A DNA stretch of 22,239 nt from Chthoniobacteraceae bacterium (GCA_040081625.1 JBEBGD010000091.1:1-22239), one strand, 5' to 3'; positions 9,726 through 17,912 are shown, numbered from the stretch's first letter. A program made the numbers and translations. Notes: generated by a model from the letters alone, not told the origin.

Positions 9726-10676
9726 CTAGCTGTTGCGCCTCGACACGTTGTCCGCAGAAAAGGATAGCCTGGAGATGGGAGGTTTTGAGTTAAGAGCTGA
9801 GTGAGGGCGATGGTAGTTATAGTCGCAGAGGAAGTGGGGGAGGAAAGAGGCGCGTTGGAGGCTGGAGCGGTAGGAGCGAGCATAGGCCCACTCGCGAGTG
9901 ATGGTCTGGATGAAGCGCTCGGCCTTGCCATTGGTCTGAGGGCGGTAGGGCCTGGTGAAGCGGTGCTTGATGCCGTGCTGGAGGCAGGCAGCGGCGAAGA
10001 GTTTAGAGCGATAAGTCGAGCCGCGATCGGTGAGGAGGCGCTGGATGTGGACGCCGTGAGCTGAGTAGAAGCTCAAGGCTTGTTCGAGGGCGGAGAGGAC
10101 GCTGGGGATTTTTTCGTCTGGGAGGAGGCAGGCGAAAGCGAGGCGGGAATGGTCGTCGATGGCGACGTGGAGGGATTCGACGCCTGCGTGGCGGCTGCGC
10201 TTGGTGCGATCGCCTGTGGCGCGGACGCCGGCGCGGTGGAAACGGCCCAGCTTCTTGATGTCGAGGTGGAGGAGTTCGCCTGGGAGGTCACGCTCGTAGC
10301 GGATGATCGGTGGTTTGGGCGGCTCGAGGGAGGCGAGGCGGTTGAGGCCGTGGCGGCGCAGGACGCGGGAGAGGGTGGCCTTGGAAACGGGGAGCAGGGT
10401 GAGGATCTGAGCGTAGGAGCGGCGCTGGCGGCGCAGGGCGAGGATCTTCTTTTCGAGTTGAGGGCTGGTCTTGCGTGGTTGGCGGTTGGGAACCGAGGAA
10501 CGGTCCTCAAGTCGCGCAGGGAAGTCGTCCAGACGGGCGCGCTTGAGCCAGCGGCGGACGGTCTTTTCGCTGACGCAGAAAGCGGCCCCAGTGGCCCGAA
10601 GGGAGCAGCCCAGGGAGGTATGATGGAGGATCATCTTAGCGCGCATGATCGGAGTGAGCGCGGCATTAGCGTGCAT
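9726..10676 (-). CDS. IS481-family DDE transposase
   Basis: MHANAALTP start, HTH, rve core (GELLHLDIKKLG, AIDDHSR, LLTDRG, RPQTNGKAERF); TAG stop lies inside the target duplication. Confidence 0.97.
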   Translation of the reverse strand: MHANAALTPIMRAKMILHHTSLGCSLRATGAAFCVSEKTVRRWLKRARLDDFPARLEDRSSVPNRQPRKTSPQLEKKILALRRQRRSYAQILTLLPVSKATLSRVLRRHGLNRLASLEPPKPPIIRYERDLPGELLHLDIKKLGRFHRAGVRATGDRTKRSRHAGVESLHVAIDDHSRLAFACLLPDEKIPSVLSALEQALSFYSAHGVHIQRLLTDRGSTYRSKLFAAACLQHGIKHRFTRPYRPQTNGKAERFIQTITREWAYARSYRSSLQRASFLPHFLCDYNYHRPHSALNSKPPISRLSFSADNVSRRNS

Positions 10677-10767
10677 GTTGTCCGTGCGGGAGGGCGATGG
10701 GTTGAGTGTTCATCCACCACCAGCCTGCCAAACCCTTGCCGTGCGGACAACGTGTTGAAACACGACA
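9731..10767 (-). mobile_element. IS481-family insertion sequence, 1037 bp
   Basis: Imperfect terminal inverted repeats TGTTGCGCCTCGACACGTTGTCCGCA / TGTCGTGTTTCAACACGTTGTCCGCA; 6-bp TSD CCTAGC at 9725-9730 and 10768-10773, fitting the NCTAGN target of IS481. Confidence 0.96.
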
Positions 10768-11643
10768 CCTAGCCCATGGCAGGCCGCGCGCATTTTGCGG
10801 ACGACACTGGCGGCACTGCGAGCGCGCGGATTGAGCGAAGACGAACTGCTGGCGAGCCGCTACCGATTGGCGGAGGCGATGCGAGCGGACTTGATCGAAG
10901 CAATCCATGACCACACCGAGCGGATTTTCTGCGACTTGCTCGCACGGGGAGAGCTTTCGTTTCGACTCGAAGGCAAAGGGCTGAGTTGGGAACTGTGGGA
11001 GAAGCTAACCTTCGAGGTGGCGCCGCCGCAGGATTACCGGCTCCAAAAAACGAACGGACAGCCACTGGAGAGATCGCTTTTTGAAGACGTGTGGAGCTGC
11101 GAACTCAACAAGCTGGAGACGCCAGTGGCACTTTACCTGGACGACCACCAAGCAGTCCGCTGGTGGCATCGCATCGCCGTGCGCGCCGACTGGCATCTCG
11201 ATGGATGGAAGAAGAAGCGCATCTTCCCGGATTTTCTCGTGGCACTCGAAGAAGAGGAAGGAAAGCCGTCCAAGCTCGTCGTCGTCGAAACGAAAGGGCT
11301 TTGGCTTAAGAACGAAGATACGAAATATAAGCAGAAGCTCTTCGAGGTGTTGGAGCGGCACAGCGCCGGCGGCGTGCCTGTGGGCGAACTCGCGTTGGAT
11401 GATGCTCCGGGATCGATGCGCTTCCGCATCGTCTTCGAGGGCGATTGGAAATCGCCGGTGGACGCCGCGCTCGCTGCGAACTGAAGAACCCCTCGATGGC
11501 ATAGGGCGCGATTTTTCTTTCGACACGAGCGCCGCACGTCCGCTACACGCGGCGCGCTCGATGCAAGTTCGGCTGGGGGGGCCGGTTGGTCGGTCGCTTT
11601 GAACGGAGACCTGATTAGCCGCGCCCCCCACAGCCTTACTTGC

Positions 11644-11808
11644 CTAGGATGAATAGACCGGCGCTGCGCCGGACGACTTCACCAGATTCACGGCATGGAC
11701 GCAGTTTTGCTTGGACGTGTAGCCCTCGCTCGCTGCGACGATCTCATTGTTGGCAGCCTTGAGGTGCCAATACCAATAGGGACCGGACTGGAACACTTGG
11801 TAATACAT
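11644..11808 (-). CDS. YegP family (DUF1508) single-domain protein, 54 aa
   Basis: MYYQVFQSGPYWYWHLKAANNEIVAASEGYTSKQNCVHAVNLVK fits DUF1508; AAGGAG upstream. Confidence 0.9.
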   Translation of the reverse strand: MYYQVFQSGPYWYWHLKAANNEIVAASEGYTSKQNCVHAVNLVKSSGAAPVYSS

Positions 11809-12085
11809 TGGTGGGTTATTTTTCTCCTTTCTAGCCCCGCTTTCGCCTCGTTTGCACAAGACAGAGTGGTCGGCATCGGAACGCACCTACAAGATAGCGG
11901 GTCGTGCAATCATTTTCCCTCCTACCGGGAGCGGCGGACACTCGGCTACCCGAACGAGTAGGCGGGCGATCCGACCCCGACGTCCGATGAATTCAGCGAG
12001 GGGAGCTATTCGGATAGCGACAAAAAAGTGATTTGGACGCTTGACGTTCCCGTGCGCTTTCCGCTACGCACGCGGACCGAAGCAT

Positions 12086-12964
12086 ATGAAGCCAGTTCGC
12101 TGGGGCGAATTTCGATGGGGTGATCCCAATGTTCGTTGGGGAAATCCATCCTATCGGCTGGAGCCCGGTGATGTGGGTTATGTGCCGACACCTCCACCTG
12201 CACCCACGAATATGAGCGACAAACGTAAATTCTCCTTCCCCCTCGCGACGCTGTTGCGCGAGGCCGACAAACTTCAAAACGCCATCGATGAGCCGGCGTA
12301 TCTGGTAAAGATGAAGGCGCGCCTCGGCGATGATGTCTCGACCGAATTCGCCGCGCTGATCGCGAGCACGCGCACCGAACTGGGAAAGCAAACCAGCAAG
12401 ACCGGCGACGCGAGCGCGATGACCGGAGAGCAAGACGATGCGGTGAGCGAACTCGAACGGCTGACGGCGGGCGCGCGGCGCACGGCGGGGCTGGCCTTTC
12501 CCGGCCAGGCCTTGTTGCGCGCGGAGTTCAAGGTCGGGGTCGATACGCCGAAGACGCTCGCGGCGGAGCTGGAACGCGCCGCGGCGATCTCTGCGGCGTG
12601 CGTGAAGTATGCGACCCAGCTCGCGGCTCAGGGCTGGATTGCGGCGGACACGACCGAGTTAAACACGGTGATCGCGGCTTGCAGCGGGACCGATACGGAG
12701 CAGGAGGCGGCTTACGCGGAGCGGCACGGCTTGACCGATTCGCTGACGGCTGCCGCGAATGCGCTCTACAAGGGCTGTCTGCGGGTGCAAAATGGCGCGC
12801 GGCTCGCGTGGCCCTCGACCAAGCCGGACACGGCTACGCCGCGCGAGCGTTTCCTCCTCGATAGTTTCCCGCCGCGGGACCGCAGCCAGCCGGACGGCGG
12901 CACGCAGCCGCCGCCAGCGGCGGGCGGAGGCGCGCCGCCAGGCGGCGGCGGAACTCCGGGATGA
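12086..12964 (+). CDS. Hypothetical alpha-helical protein with internal duplication, RWG-repeat leader and Pro/Gly tail
   Basis: Long clean ORF; two ~100-aa similar halves; alternative start ATG 12212 (MSDKRK). Confidence 0.8.
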   Translation: MKPVRWGEFRWGDPNVRWGNPSYRLEPGDVGYVPTPPPAPTNMSDKRKFSFPLATLLREADKLQNAIDEPAYLVKMKARLGDDVSTEFAALIASTRTELGKQTSKTGDASAMTGEQDDAVSELERLTAGARRTAGLAFPGQALLRAEFKVGVDTPKTLAAELERAAAISAACVKYATQLAAQGWIAADTTELNTVIAACSGTDTEQEAAYAERHGLTDSLTAAANALYKGCLRVQNGARLAWPSTKPDTATPRERFLLDSFPPRDRSQPDGGTQPPPAAGGGAPPGGGGTPG

Positions 12965-13012
12965 TTCACCCGTCGCCGATGGTCCGAACGCGATCGACGG
13001 TGCAGTTGTCGC

Positions 13013-13600
13013 TCACGGCTGACCCGCAAACTTGAACAGGAACAACTCCGCCGCGTTCTCCTCGGGGTAGTAGAGCTTGAGCGCGGCGTCGCGATTGCGA
13101 ACGTCGGAGGGCACGGCCGCGCTGGCGCGGCGGCTGTGGACCTGGTGGATGCCGAGATGTTCGCCCGCGGCGTAAAGGTCGCCCCACACCTCCGCGCGCA
13201 CGGCGCGTTTTGCGCGCTCGATGAGCAGTTCGGCGAGCGCATCGCGCTCGAGCGCGGCGTAGCTTACAGGGAAGGCAGCTTCGATCTTCGCGTAGCTCTG
13301 GCCGGGGTCCTCTGCGAGTCCCGGCGCGGGCTTCTCCTGCCACGTCACCTTCACGATCCCGACCCGGACGCTGGCGTCGAAACCGGCGTCGCGATTCAGG
13401 CGGGAGAGAGTGTTGAGCGAGATGCGCAGGCGGCCGAAGGGCGGCGCTTCGACGGTGAGCCAGACGCGATCGAGCAGGGTGGGATCCTCGGTCGCTTCCA
13501 GCTCGACGGCGTAGGGCACGCCGATGATGTGGACGAACTTGGCCGGCGTCGTGCGAATCCGCTCAAACAGTAGTGCTCGTGCGTCGGGCCGGCGGGGCAT
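13013..13600 (-). CDS. Hypothetical protein
   Basis: 195-aa ORF with typical codon usage, starting 4 nt after the stop of the upstream gene (operon-like). Confidence 0.75.
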   Translation of the reverse strand: MPRRPDARALLFERIRTTPAKFVHIIGVPYAVELEATEDPTLLDRVWLTVEAPPFGRLRISLNTLSRLNRDAGFDASVRVGIVKVTWQEKPAPGLAEDPGQSYAKIEAAFPVSYAALERDALAELLIERAKRAVRAEVWGDLYAAGEHLGIHQVHSRRASAAVPSDVRNRDAALKLYYPEENAAELFLFKFAGQP

Positions 13601-13604
13601 GGGG

Positions 13605-14783
13605 TCAGGTGCGTTTCGTGCCGGTGACGGAGCGGCCGCTGCGGCCGCGCTTTGGGTTTGGTGCGTCGAGGTTCGTGCGGTGCTCGATCTTTTCGATCCT
13701 CCCGCATCGCAGATACTGCGCGCGGATGGCCTCGAGCATCGCGTCGCGTTGCTCGTAGAGTCGCTTGCGCGGGCGCGGCTTCGCGCGGCTGAGCACGTAG
13801 GCGGTGATGAGCGGCAGCGAAATGGTCGCGTCGCAGTAGCACACGACGCAGTCGGGCAGATTTTGCGGATCGACCTTGCCCCAGCTCACCGCTTCGCCCG
13901 GCGTCGCGCCGCTGAGTCCCCCGGTATCGGGGCGCGCGTCGGTGCATTGCAGGAAGTAATCGTGTCCGCGTTCCTCGATGCCCATGACTTCCTGAATCTG
14001 CGGCTCGGTCTGGAGGATGAAGTTCTTCGGCGAGCCGCCGCCGATGATGCACACGCTCGAATTCTCCCCGCCCGACTTCGCCGCATAGACGATCGCCGCC
14101 GTCTGGTTCACGTCGCGGTTCACGTCGATAAGCAGCTTCGACTCGTGCAGCGCCATCGCCGCGACGTTCATGCCGATGGAGGAATCGCCCGGCGAACTCG
14201 TGAAGATCGGCACGCCGTATTGATACGCGGCGCTGAGCATACTCGTCTCCTTCAGCCCGAGTTTCTTTTCGCGCTCATGCACGAATTTACCGAGCAGGTG
14301 ATGGAATTCATCCGATCCCATCGTGCGCTGGAAGACGGGAAGCTGGATGACCTGCCGCACGAATGCGTCGGTATCGAGCAGCACGTCGTAGTCGAAAAGC
14401 ACGTCGTAGATGCGGATGATGCCGTCGCGTCTTAGCTCGACATCATCGAGGAAGGGCGAGCCGGCGTAGAGCGCCATGCCGAGCCCGTAATGCATGTCGT
14501 GGTAGAGATTCGCGCCGGTCGAGATGATCCAGTCCACGAAGCCCGCCTTCATGAGCGGGATGATCGCCGCGGTGCCGAGGCCGGCGGGCGTGAGCGCGCC
14601 GGTGAGCGACATGCCGACGGTGCCATTTCCCGCGACCATCTTGCCGCTGAAAAGCCGGCACGCCTCGGCGAGGCGCGCGCCGTTGTAGGCCTTGAACGCG
14701 GACTCGATGAGATCATCGGCCCGCATTCCTTTGCGGATCGGGGTGGGGAGCAGGCGCGGGAATTTCTTGTTCAGTGACGGCAT
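13605..14783 (-). CDS. Deoxyhypusine synthase-like protein (probable homospermidine synthase, SpeY-type)
   Basis: [51 protein letters not shown] with the catalytic Lys. Start placed at MPSLNKK. Confidence 0.92.
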   Translation of the reverse strand: MPSLNKKFPRLLPTPIRKGMRADDLIESAFKAYNGARLAEACRLFSGKMVAGNGTVGMSLTGALTPAGLGTAAIIPLMKAGFVDWIISTGANLYHDMHYGLGMALYAGSPFLDDVELRRDGIIRIYDVLFDYDVLLDTDAFVRQVIQLPVFQRTMGSDEFHHLLGKFVHEREKKLGLKETSMLSAAYQYGVPIFTSSPGDSSIGMNVAAMALHESKLLIDVNRDVNQTAAIVYAAKSGGENSSVCIIGGGSPKNFILQTEPQIQEVMGIEERGHDYFLQCTDARPDTGGLSGATPGEAVSWGKVDPQNLPDCVVCYCDATISLPLITAYVLSRAKPRPRKRLYEQRDAMLEAIRAQYLRCGRIEKIEHRTNLDAPNPKRGRSGRSVTGTKRT

Positions 14784-14793
14784 CGGGGTGCGG

Positions 14794-14821
14794 AGAATAG
14801 GGCGCGGCGTGGCGCGTGCAA
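14794..14821 (-). promoter_or_regulatory. Putative sigma70 promoter for the DHS-like operon (near-leaderless)
   Basis: Minus strand TTGCAC-16 nt-TATTCT, with 10 nt between the -10 and ATG 14783; no SD visible. Confidence 0.5.
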
Positions 14822-14849
14822 GGCGCGCGAGAGTTCGCAAAGCTTTTGA

Positions 14850-14877
14850 TTGACCGATGAAACTCACCCGCTAGCGT
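14850..14877 (+). promoter_or_regulatory. Putative sigma70 promoter for tRNA-Pro
   Basis: TTGACC-16 nt-TAGCGT about 25 nt upstream of the tRNA. Confidence 0.55.
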
Positions 14878-14901
14878 GCCGCCCCTTCGAGAGAAGGATG
14901 T

Positions 14902-14978
14902 CGGGCTGTGGCTCAGCTTGGTAGAGCGCTTCGTTCGGGACGAAGAGGCCGCGGGTTCGAATCCCGCCAGCCCGACCA
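14902..14978 (+). tRNA. tRNA-Pro(CGG)
   Basis: Acceptor CGGGCTG/CAGCCCG, D-arm GCTC..GAGC, anticodon arm CTTCG-TTCGGGA-CGAAG, T-loop GGTTCGAATCC, encoded CCA; 77 nt. Confidence 0.98.
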
Positions 14979-15068
14979 TTTTCACAGTAGGGGCGGGGAT
15001 GGGGCGGCGGATGGTGTAACGAAAACGTAACGGATGTGGCTCGATTGGGAGTCCCGGGCGCGGCCCGG

Positions 15069-16532
15069 TCAGGCGCTCGCGCGAGTGGCGGCTTCTTCGC
15101 GGAAGAGGCCGAGCTGGACTTCGATCACGTTGTCCGCGGGCACGATCGCGAACCATGCCTTGCCGTGACTTTTCGGGCCGACCTTGTCGTAGTGCTGACG
15201 GATCATGGCCGGGCTGTTTCCCATCTCGGCGGCGACCTGGTGAATGTTGCGACCGGTCGCGGCCATGCGGTAGGTGCCGTAGCTGTGGCGCAGAACGTCG
15301 TGCGGCCATTCGATGAGCCGGCGCGCGCTGCGCTGCTCGCTTTCGTCGGCGCCGGCGAAGGTCTTCACGAGGCGCGCCTTCAATCGCTGGCGGAATTTCT
15401 GGAGGCTGCCGGTGACGACGTGGCCGCTGGCTTTCGCGTCGCGCCATGGGGCGAGCCAGGCGCGGAGGTTGTCGTGCAGCGGGCAGCGCCGGGCGAAGCC
15501 GTTCTTGTCCACTTCCTCGCGCACGACGATCTCGCGCTCGTCCCAATCGAAATCCTCCCAACGCAGCGTGTCCTTGCGCGCCGCGGCGTGGTAGCTGCGC
15601 GCGATCTCCTCCGGGCGCAGTCCGCTGAAGGCGGCGATCGCGACCCACGGGAGCCAGGCGTCTTCGACGTGCGCGAGCAGCAGGCGCATCTCGGCGGCGC
15701 CGAGCACCTCGACGACGCGGCGGCGGCGCTCGGTGCGTGCGCCGAATTTCGGCACGCGCTGGGCGGCGGTGATGGCGTCGGGCAGGAGGCCGCGCGAGCG
15801 CGCGAACTTGAAGAGGTGAACGACGTCGTCGCGGACGTGGTTGCGGCGGGCGGCGCTGAGCGGCTCGCCGTCCCTGCGCTTTCGCGCGGTGATCCAGGAC
15901 TCGATCTGCGCGACCTCGATGGCGCGCAGTTCGCCGGGGAAGGCGGCGGCGAAATCGCGCAGGTGCCGCTCGAGCTGGCGGCGGTAGCGGCCGTCGAGGT
16001 CGCTGGATTGCTTGCTCGCGAGCAGGGCCTCGACGGTGTCGCCGGTGAGGTGGACGGGCTGGCGGAGTGCGGCGACGCCGGCGCGCACGACGGCGAGCAG
16101 ATCGCGCGCGCCGAGCCCGGAGCCGATGAGATCCACGGCGTCGCGCCAGTCGGTGAACGCTCCGAGCAGATCGCGGCCGCGGCGCATGGCATCGGCGGTG
16201 GCCTGGGCGAAGACGGCGCGATCCTCGGCGGTGAGCGCGAGCACTTCGACGCCGCCGGCATTGATCTCGATCGCGATGCGGCGCGCCTCGCGCACGGCGG
16301 CGTCGTGATCGCGCATGGCGACGAGCTTGCGGCCGAACTTGCGCGGATCGACGAAGGTGCGTCCGTCGGCGCCGCGATACCACGGGACCTTGACGGTGCC
16401 GGCCTTCTCGAAATTTCGCTGCCGCTTCTTCGGGCCCCGCGCCGGCGTCGCGCGCGGGTTGAGCGTCGCATCGAGGGCGACGCGGATCGCGGCGCGGCGC
16501 GTGGTGGTGATCGGGGGGCGTTCTGCTTTCAT
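15069..16532 (-). CDS. int: Tyrosine recombinase / phage integrase
   Basis: FSGLRPEEI (R), EVDKNG (K), WPHDVLRHSYGTY (R), EMGNSPAMIRQHY (Y). Start at MKAERPP, just after the upstream gene's stop. Confidence 0.93.
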   Translation of the reverse strand: MKAERPPITTTRRAAIRVALDATLNPRATPARGPKKRQRNFEKAGTVKVPWYRGADGRTFVDPRKFGRKLVAMRDHDAAVREARRIAIEINAGGVEVLALTAEDRAVFAQATADAMRRGRDLLGAFTDWRDAVDLIGSGLGARDLLAVVRAGVAALRQPVHLTGDTVEALLASKQSSDLDGRYRRQLERHLRDFAAAFPGELRAIEVAQIESWITARKRRDGEPLSAARRNHVRDDVVHLFKFARSRGLLPDAITAAQRVPKFGARTERRRRVVEVLGAAEMRLLLAHVEDAWLPWVAIAAFSGLRPEEIARSYHAAARKDTLRWEDFDWDEREIVVREEVDKNGFARRCPLHDNLRAWLAPWRDAKASGHVVTGSLQKFRQRLKARLVKTFAGADESEQRSARRLIEWPHDVLRHSYGTYRMAATGRNIHQVAAEMGNSPAMIRQHYDKVGPKSHGKAWFAIVPADNVIEVQLGLFREEAATRASA

Positions 16533-16534
16533 TC

Positions 16535-16987
16535 TTACCAGCCGAGTTCCGGCCCTTTCGATCCGATCTTCAGTTCCCGGCCCAGCAGATCGAGCGCGAT
16601 CCGCCCGCCCTCGACCTTCACGCGCGCATAAGCGACCTGCATCGCGACGTTGTCCCCGTAGCTGATCGAAGATGACGTTTTGATTCGTAGGAACCAAGCC
16701 TCGCCGCCGGCAGGCACGCGCACGCGCGCATATTGTCCGGAGGCCCATAGGTGACCGACGAGCGCGTCGCCCTCACGCGAAGTCTCGCTGTCGCGACCTG
16801 CCCATTTTAGCTTCACGATCTTGCCGTCCCATTTAATGGCTTCCTTCGCGAGGTCGGCGAGGAAGACTGACTTGGCCGCGCGGCACGCTTCCGCGAGGGT
16901 CTTGTCGGCGTCCGCGGGTTTCGGCGCCTGCGCGTGCGCGGCGTAGCCGATGGCGAAGGCGAGGAGGAGGGCGAGGGTGGGTTTCAT
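16535..16987 (-). CDS. Secreted hypothetical protein, possibly OB-fold-like
   Basis: Sec signal MKPTLALLLAFAIGYAAHA-Q; beta-rich mature part; start overlaps the repressor stop (ATGA). Confidence 0.75.
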   Translation of the reverse strand: MKPTLALLLAFAIGYAAHAQAPKPADADKTLAEACRAAKSVFLADLAKEAIKWDGKIVKLKWAGRDSETSREGDALVGHLWASGQYARVRVPAGGEAWFLRIKTSSSISYGDNVAMQVAYARVKVEGGRIALDLLGRELKIGSKGPELGW

Positions 16988-17319
16988 GTCTTGGGTTTCG
17001 GCTTGAGTGCGCGGAGGACTTTTCGGGCGCCGGTCATGCGCGGTCCGCGGGGCGGCGCTGGCGGCTCTTCGTTGAGAATGATTCGTGCAGTTGAGGCGGA
17101 AGATGGGACGACGGTTAGGGCAGAGATCGCACGCGCTTCGGCCGTTTTTTCAGCGAGCTTCTGCGCGACGATGCGGGCGAGCTCGGTGACGATCCAGTTC
17201 GAGCGCGGGCGGTTGTCCGCTTTGGCGAAGGCGTTGATTTCATCGAGCAGCGACTTGGGCAGTGAGACGGTGATTTGCGTCTGGTCTGGCGCGCGATCGT
17301 GGCGGCGTGGTTTCGACAT
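16984..17319 (-). CDS. Ribbon-helix-helix (CopG/Arc-like) regulator, repressor position
   Basis: TQITVSLPKSLLDEINAFAKADNRPRSNWIVTEL fits the RHH strand-helix-helix pattern; low-complexity basic C-tail. Confidence 0.8.
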   Translation of the reverse strand: MSKPRRHDRAPDQTQITVSLPKSLLDEINAFAKADNRPRSNWIVTELARIVAQKLAEKTAEARAISALTVVPSSASTARIILNEEPPAPPRGPRMTGARKVLRALKPKPKT

Positions 17320-17402
17320 GGCAAGGGCGTTCAACAACAAATCTAAACATCACGCAACATTTATTGTTGACGTTACGTGTCCCGCCGTGATACGGCAGGA
17401 TT

Positions 17403-17603
17403 ATGAGCAAACCGAAATCCACGCCGAAGCCGAAGGCACCCGCCGCCGAGCTGGTGCAAATCGTGATCAGCAACGTCCCCGCGGAGTTGGTCGAGGCCAT
17501 CGAAACGATCGCCGCCGGCAACGACCGTCCGCGCGCTGCCGAGATTCGGCAGCTTCTCGCGGAAGCCGTGCAGCAACGCCGGCTGACGCAAGCCGCCGCG
17601 TAA
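17403..17603 (+). CDS. Ribbon-helix-helix (Arc-like) regulator, cro position
   Basis: VQIVISNVPAELVEAIETIAAGNDRPRAAEIRQLLAEAV fits Arc/FitA-like RHH. Confidence 0.78.
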   Translation: MSKPKSTPKPKAPAAELVQIVISNVPAELVEAIETIAAGNDRPRAAEIRQLLAEAVQQRRLTQAAA

Positions 17604-17621
17604 CCCCCGGCCTCGAGCAAT

Positions 17622-17912
17622 ATGTCGCCAGACACTCTTTCCCCCGGCGCTTGCGCGCTTTCGCCTGCCGCCTCGCCGGTGCAGACGTTCTTCGATACTT
17701 ACGTCAGCGCGATGAGTCGCGACTGGCGGGTGCAGCTCCCGGCCTTGATCGCGCTGCGCAAGTCTCACATCGTGCGCGCTTCGGCGGCGCTGGAGGTGTG
17801 CACGGAGCCGCGGCGTCGGCGCAAGCTGCAGGCGAAGCTGTATCATCACCGCCGGATGCTGCGCAGCTACGAGCATGAGCTGGTGATCCGGCTCGGGAGG
17901 GTGGCGGCATGA
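17622..17912 (+). CDS. Phage hypothetical protein
   Basis: 96-aa ORF whose stop overlaps the next start (ATGA). Confidence 0.6.
   Translation: MSPDTLSPGACALSPAASPVQTFFDTYVSAMSRDWRVQLPALIALRKSHIVRASAALEVCTEPRRRRKLQAKLYHHRRMLRSYEHELVIRLGRVAA

Larger units (their letters stand above)
7832..11484 (+). pseudogene. res: Type III restriction helicase-endonuclease (Res) interrupted by IS481
   Basis: Walker A LPTGAGKT, motif II VVMDEGQ, MTATP, ALREGWDCPFAY, QMIGRILRQP; after the IS a PD-(D/E)xK nuclease (IFPDFLV..VVETKG). Joining 7832-9730 to 10774-11484 gives one continuous 869-aa frame (..DVIPS|PWQAARILR..). Confidence 0.93.

Noticed and set aside
10795..11484. Independent 229-aa nuclease gene
   Set aside because: It is the in-frame C-terminal part of res once the IS and one TSD copy are removed.
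11520..11640. Integron attC site
   Set aside because: No RYYYAAC/GTTRRRY core pair and no integron integrase.
15190..15310. Integrase inactivated (GNS instead of GHS, shifted His before LRH)
   Set aside because: Catalytic R, K, R and Y are present and the ORF is intact; the His positions vary among tyrosine recombinases.
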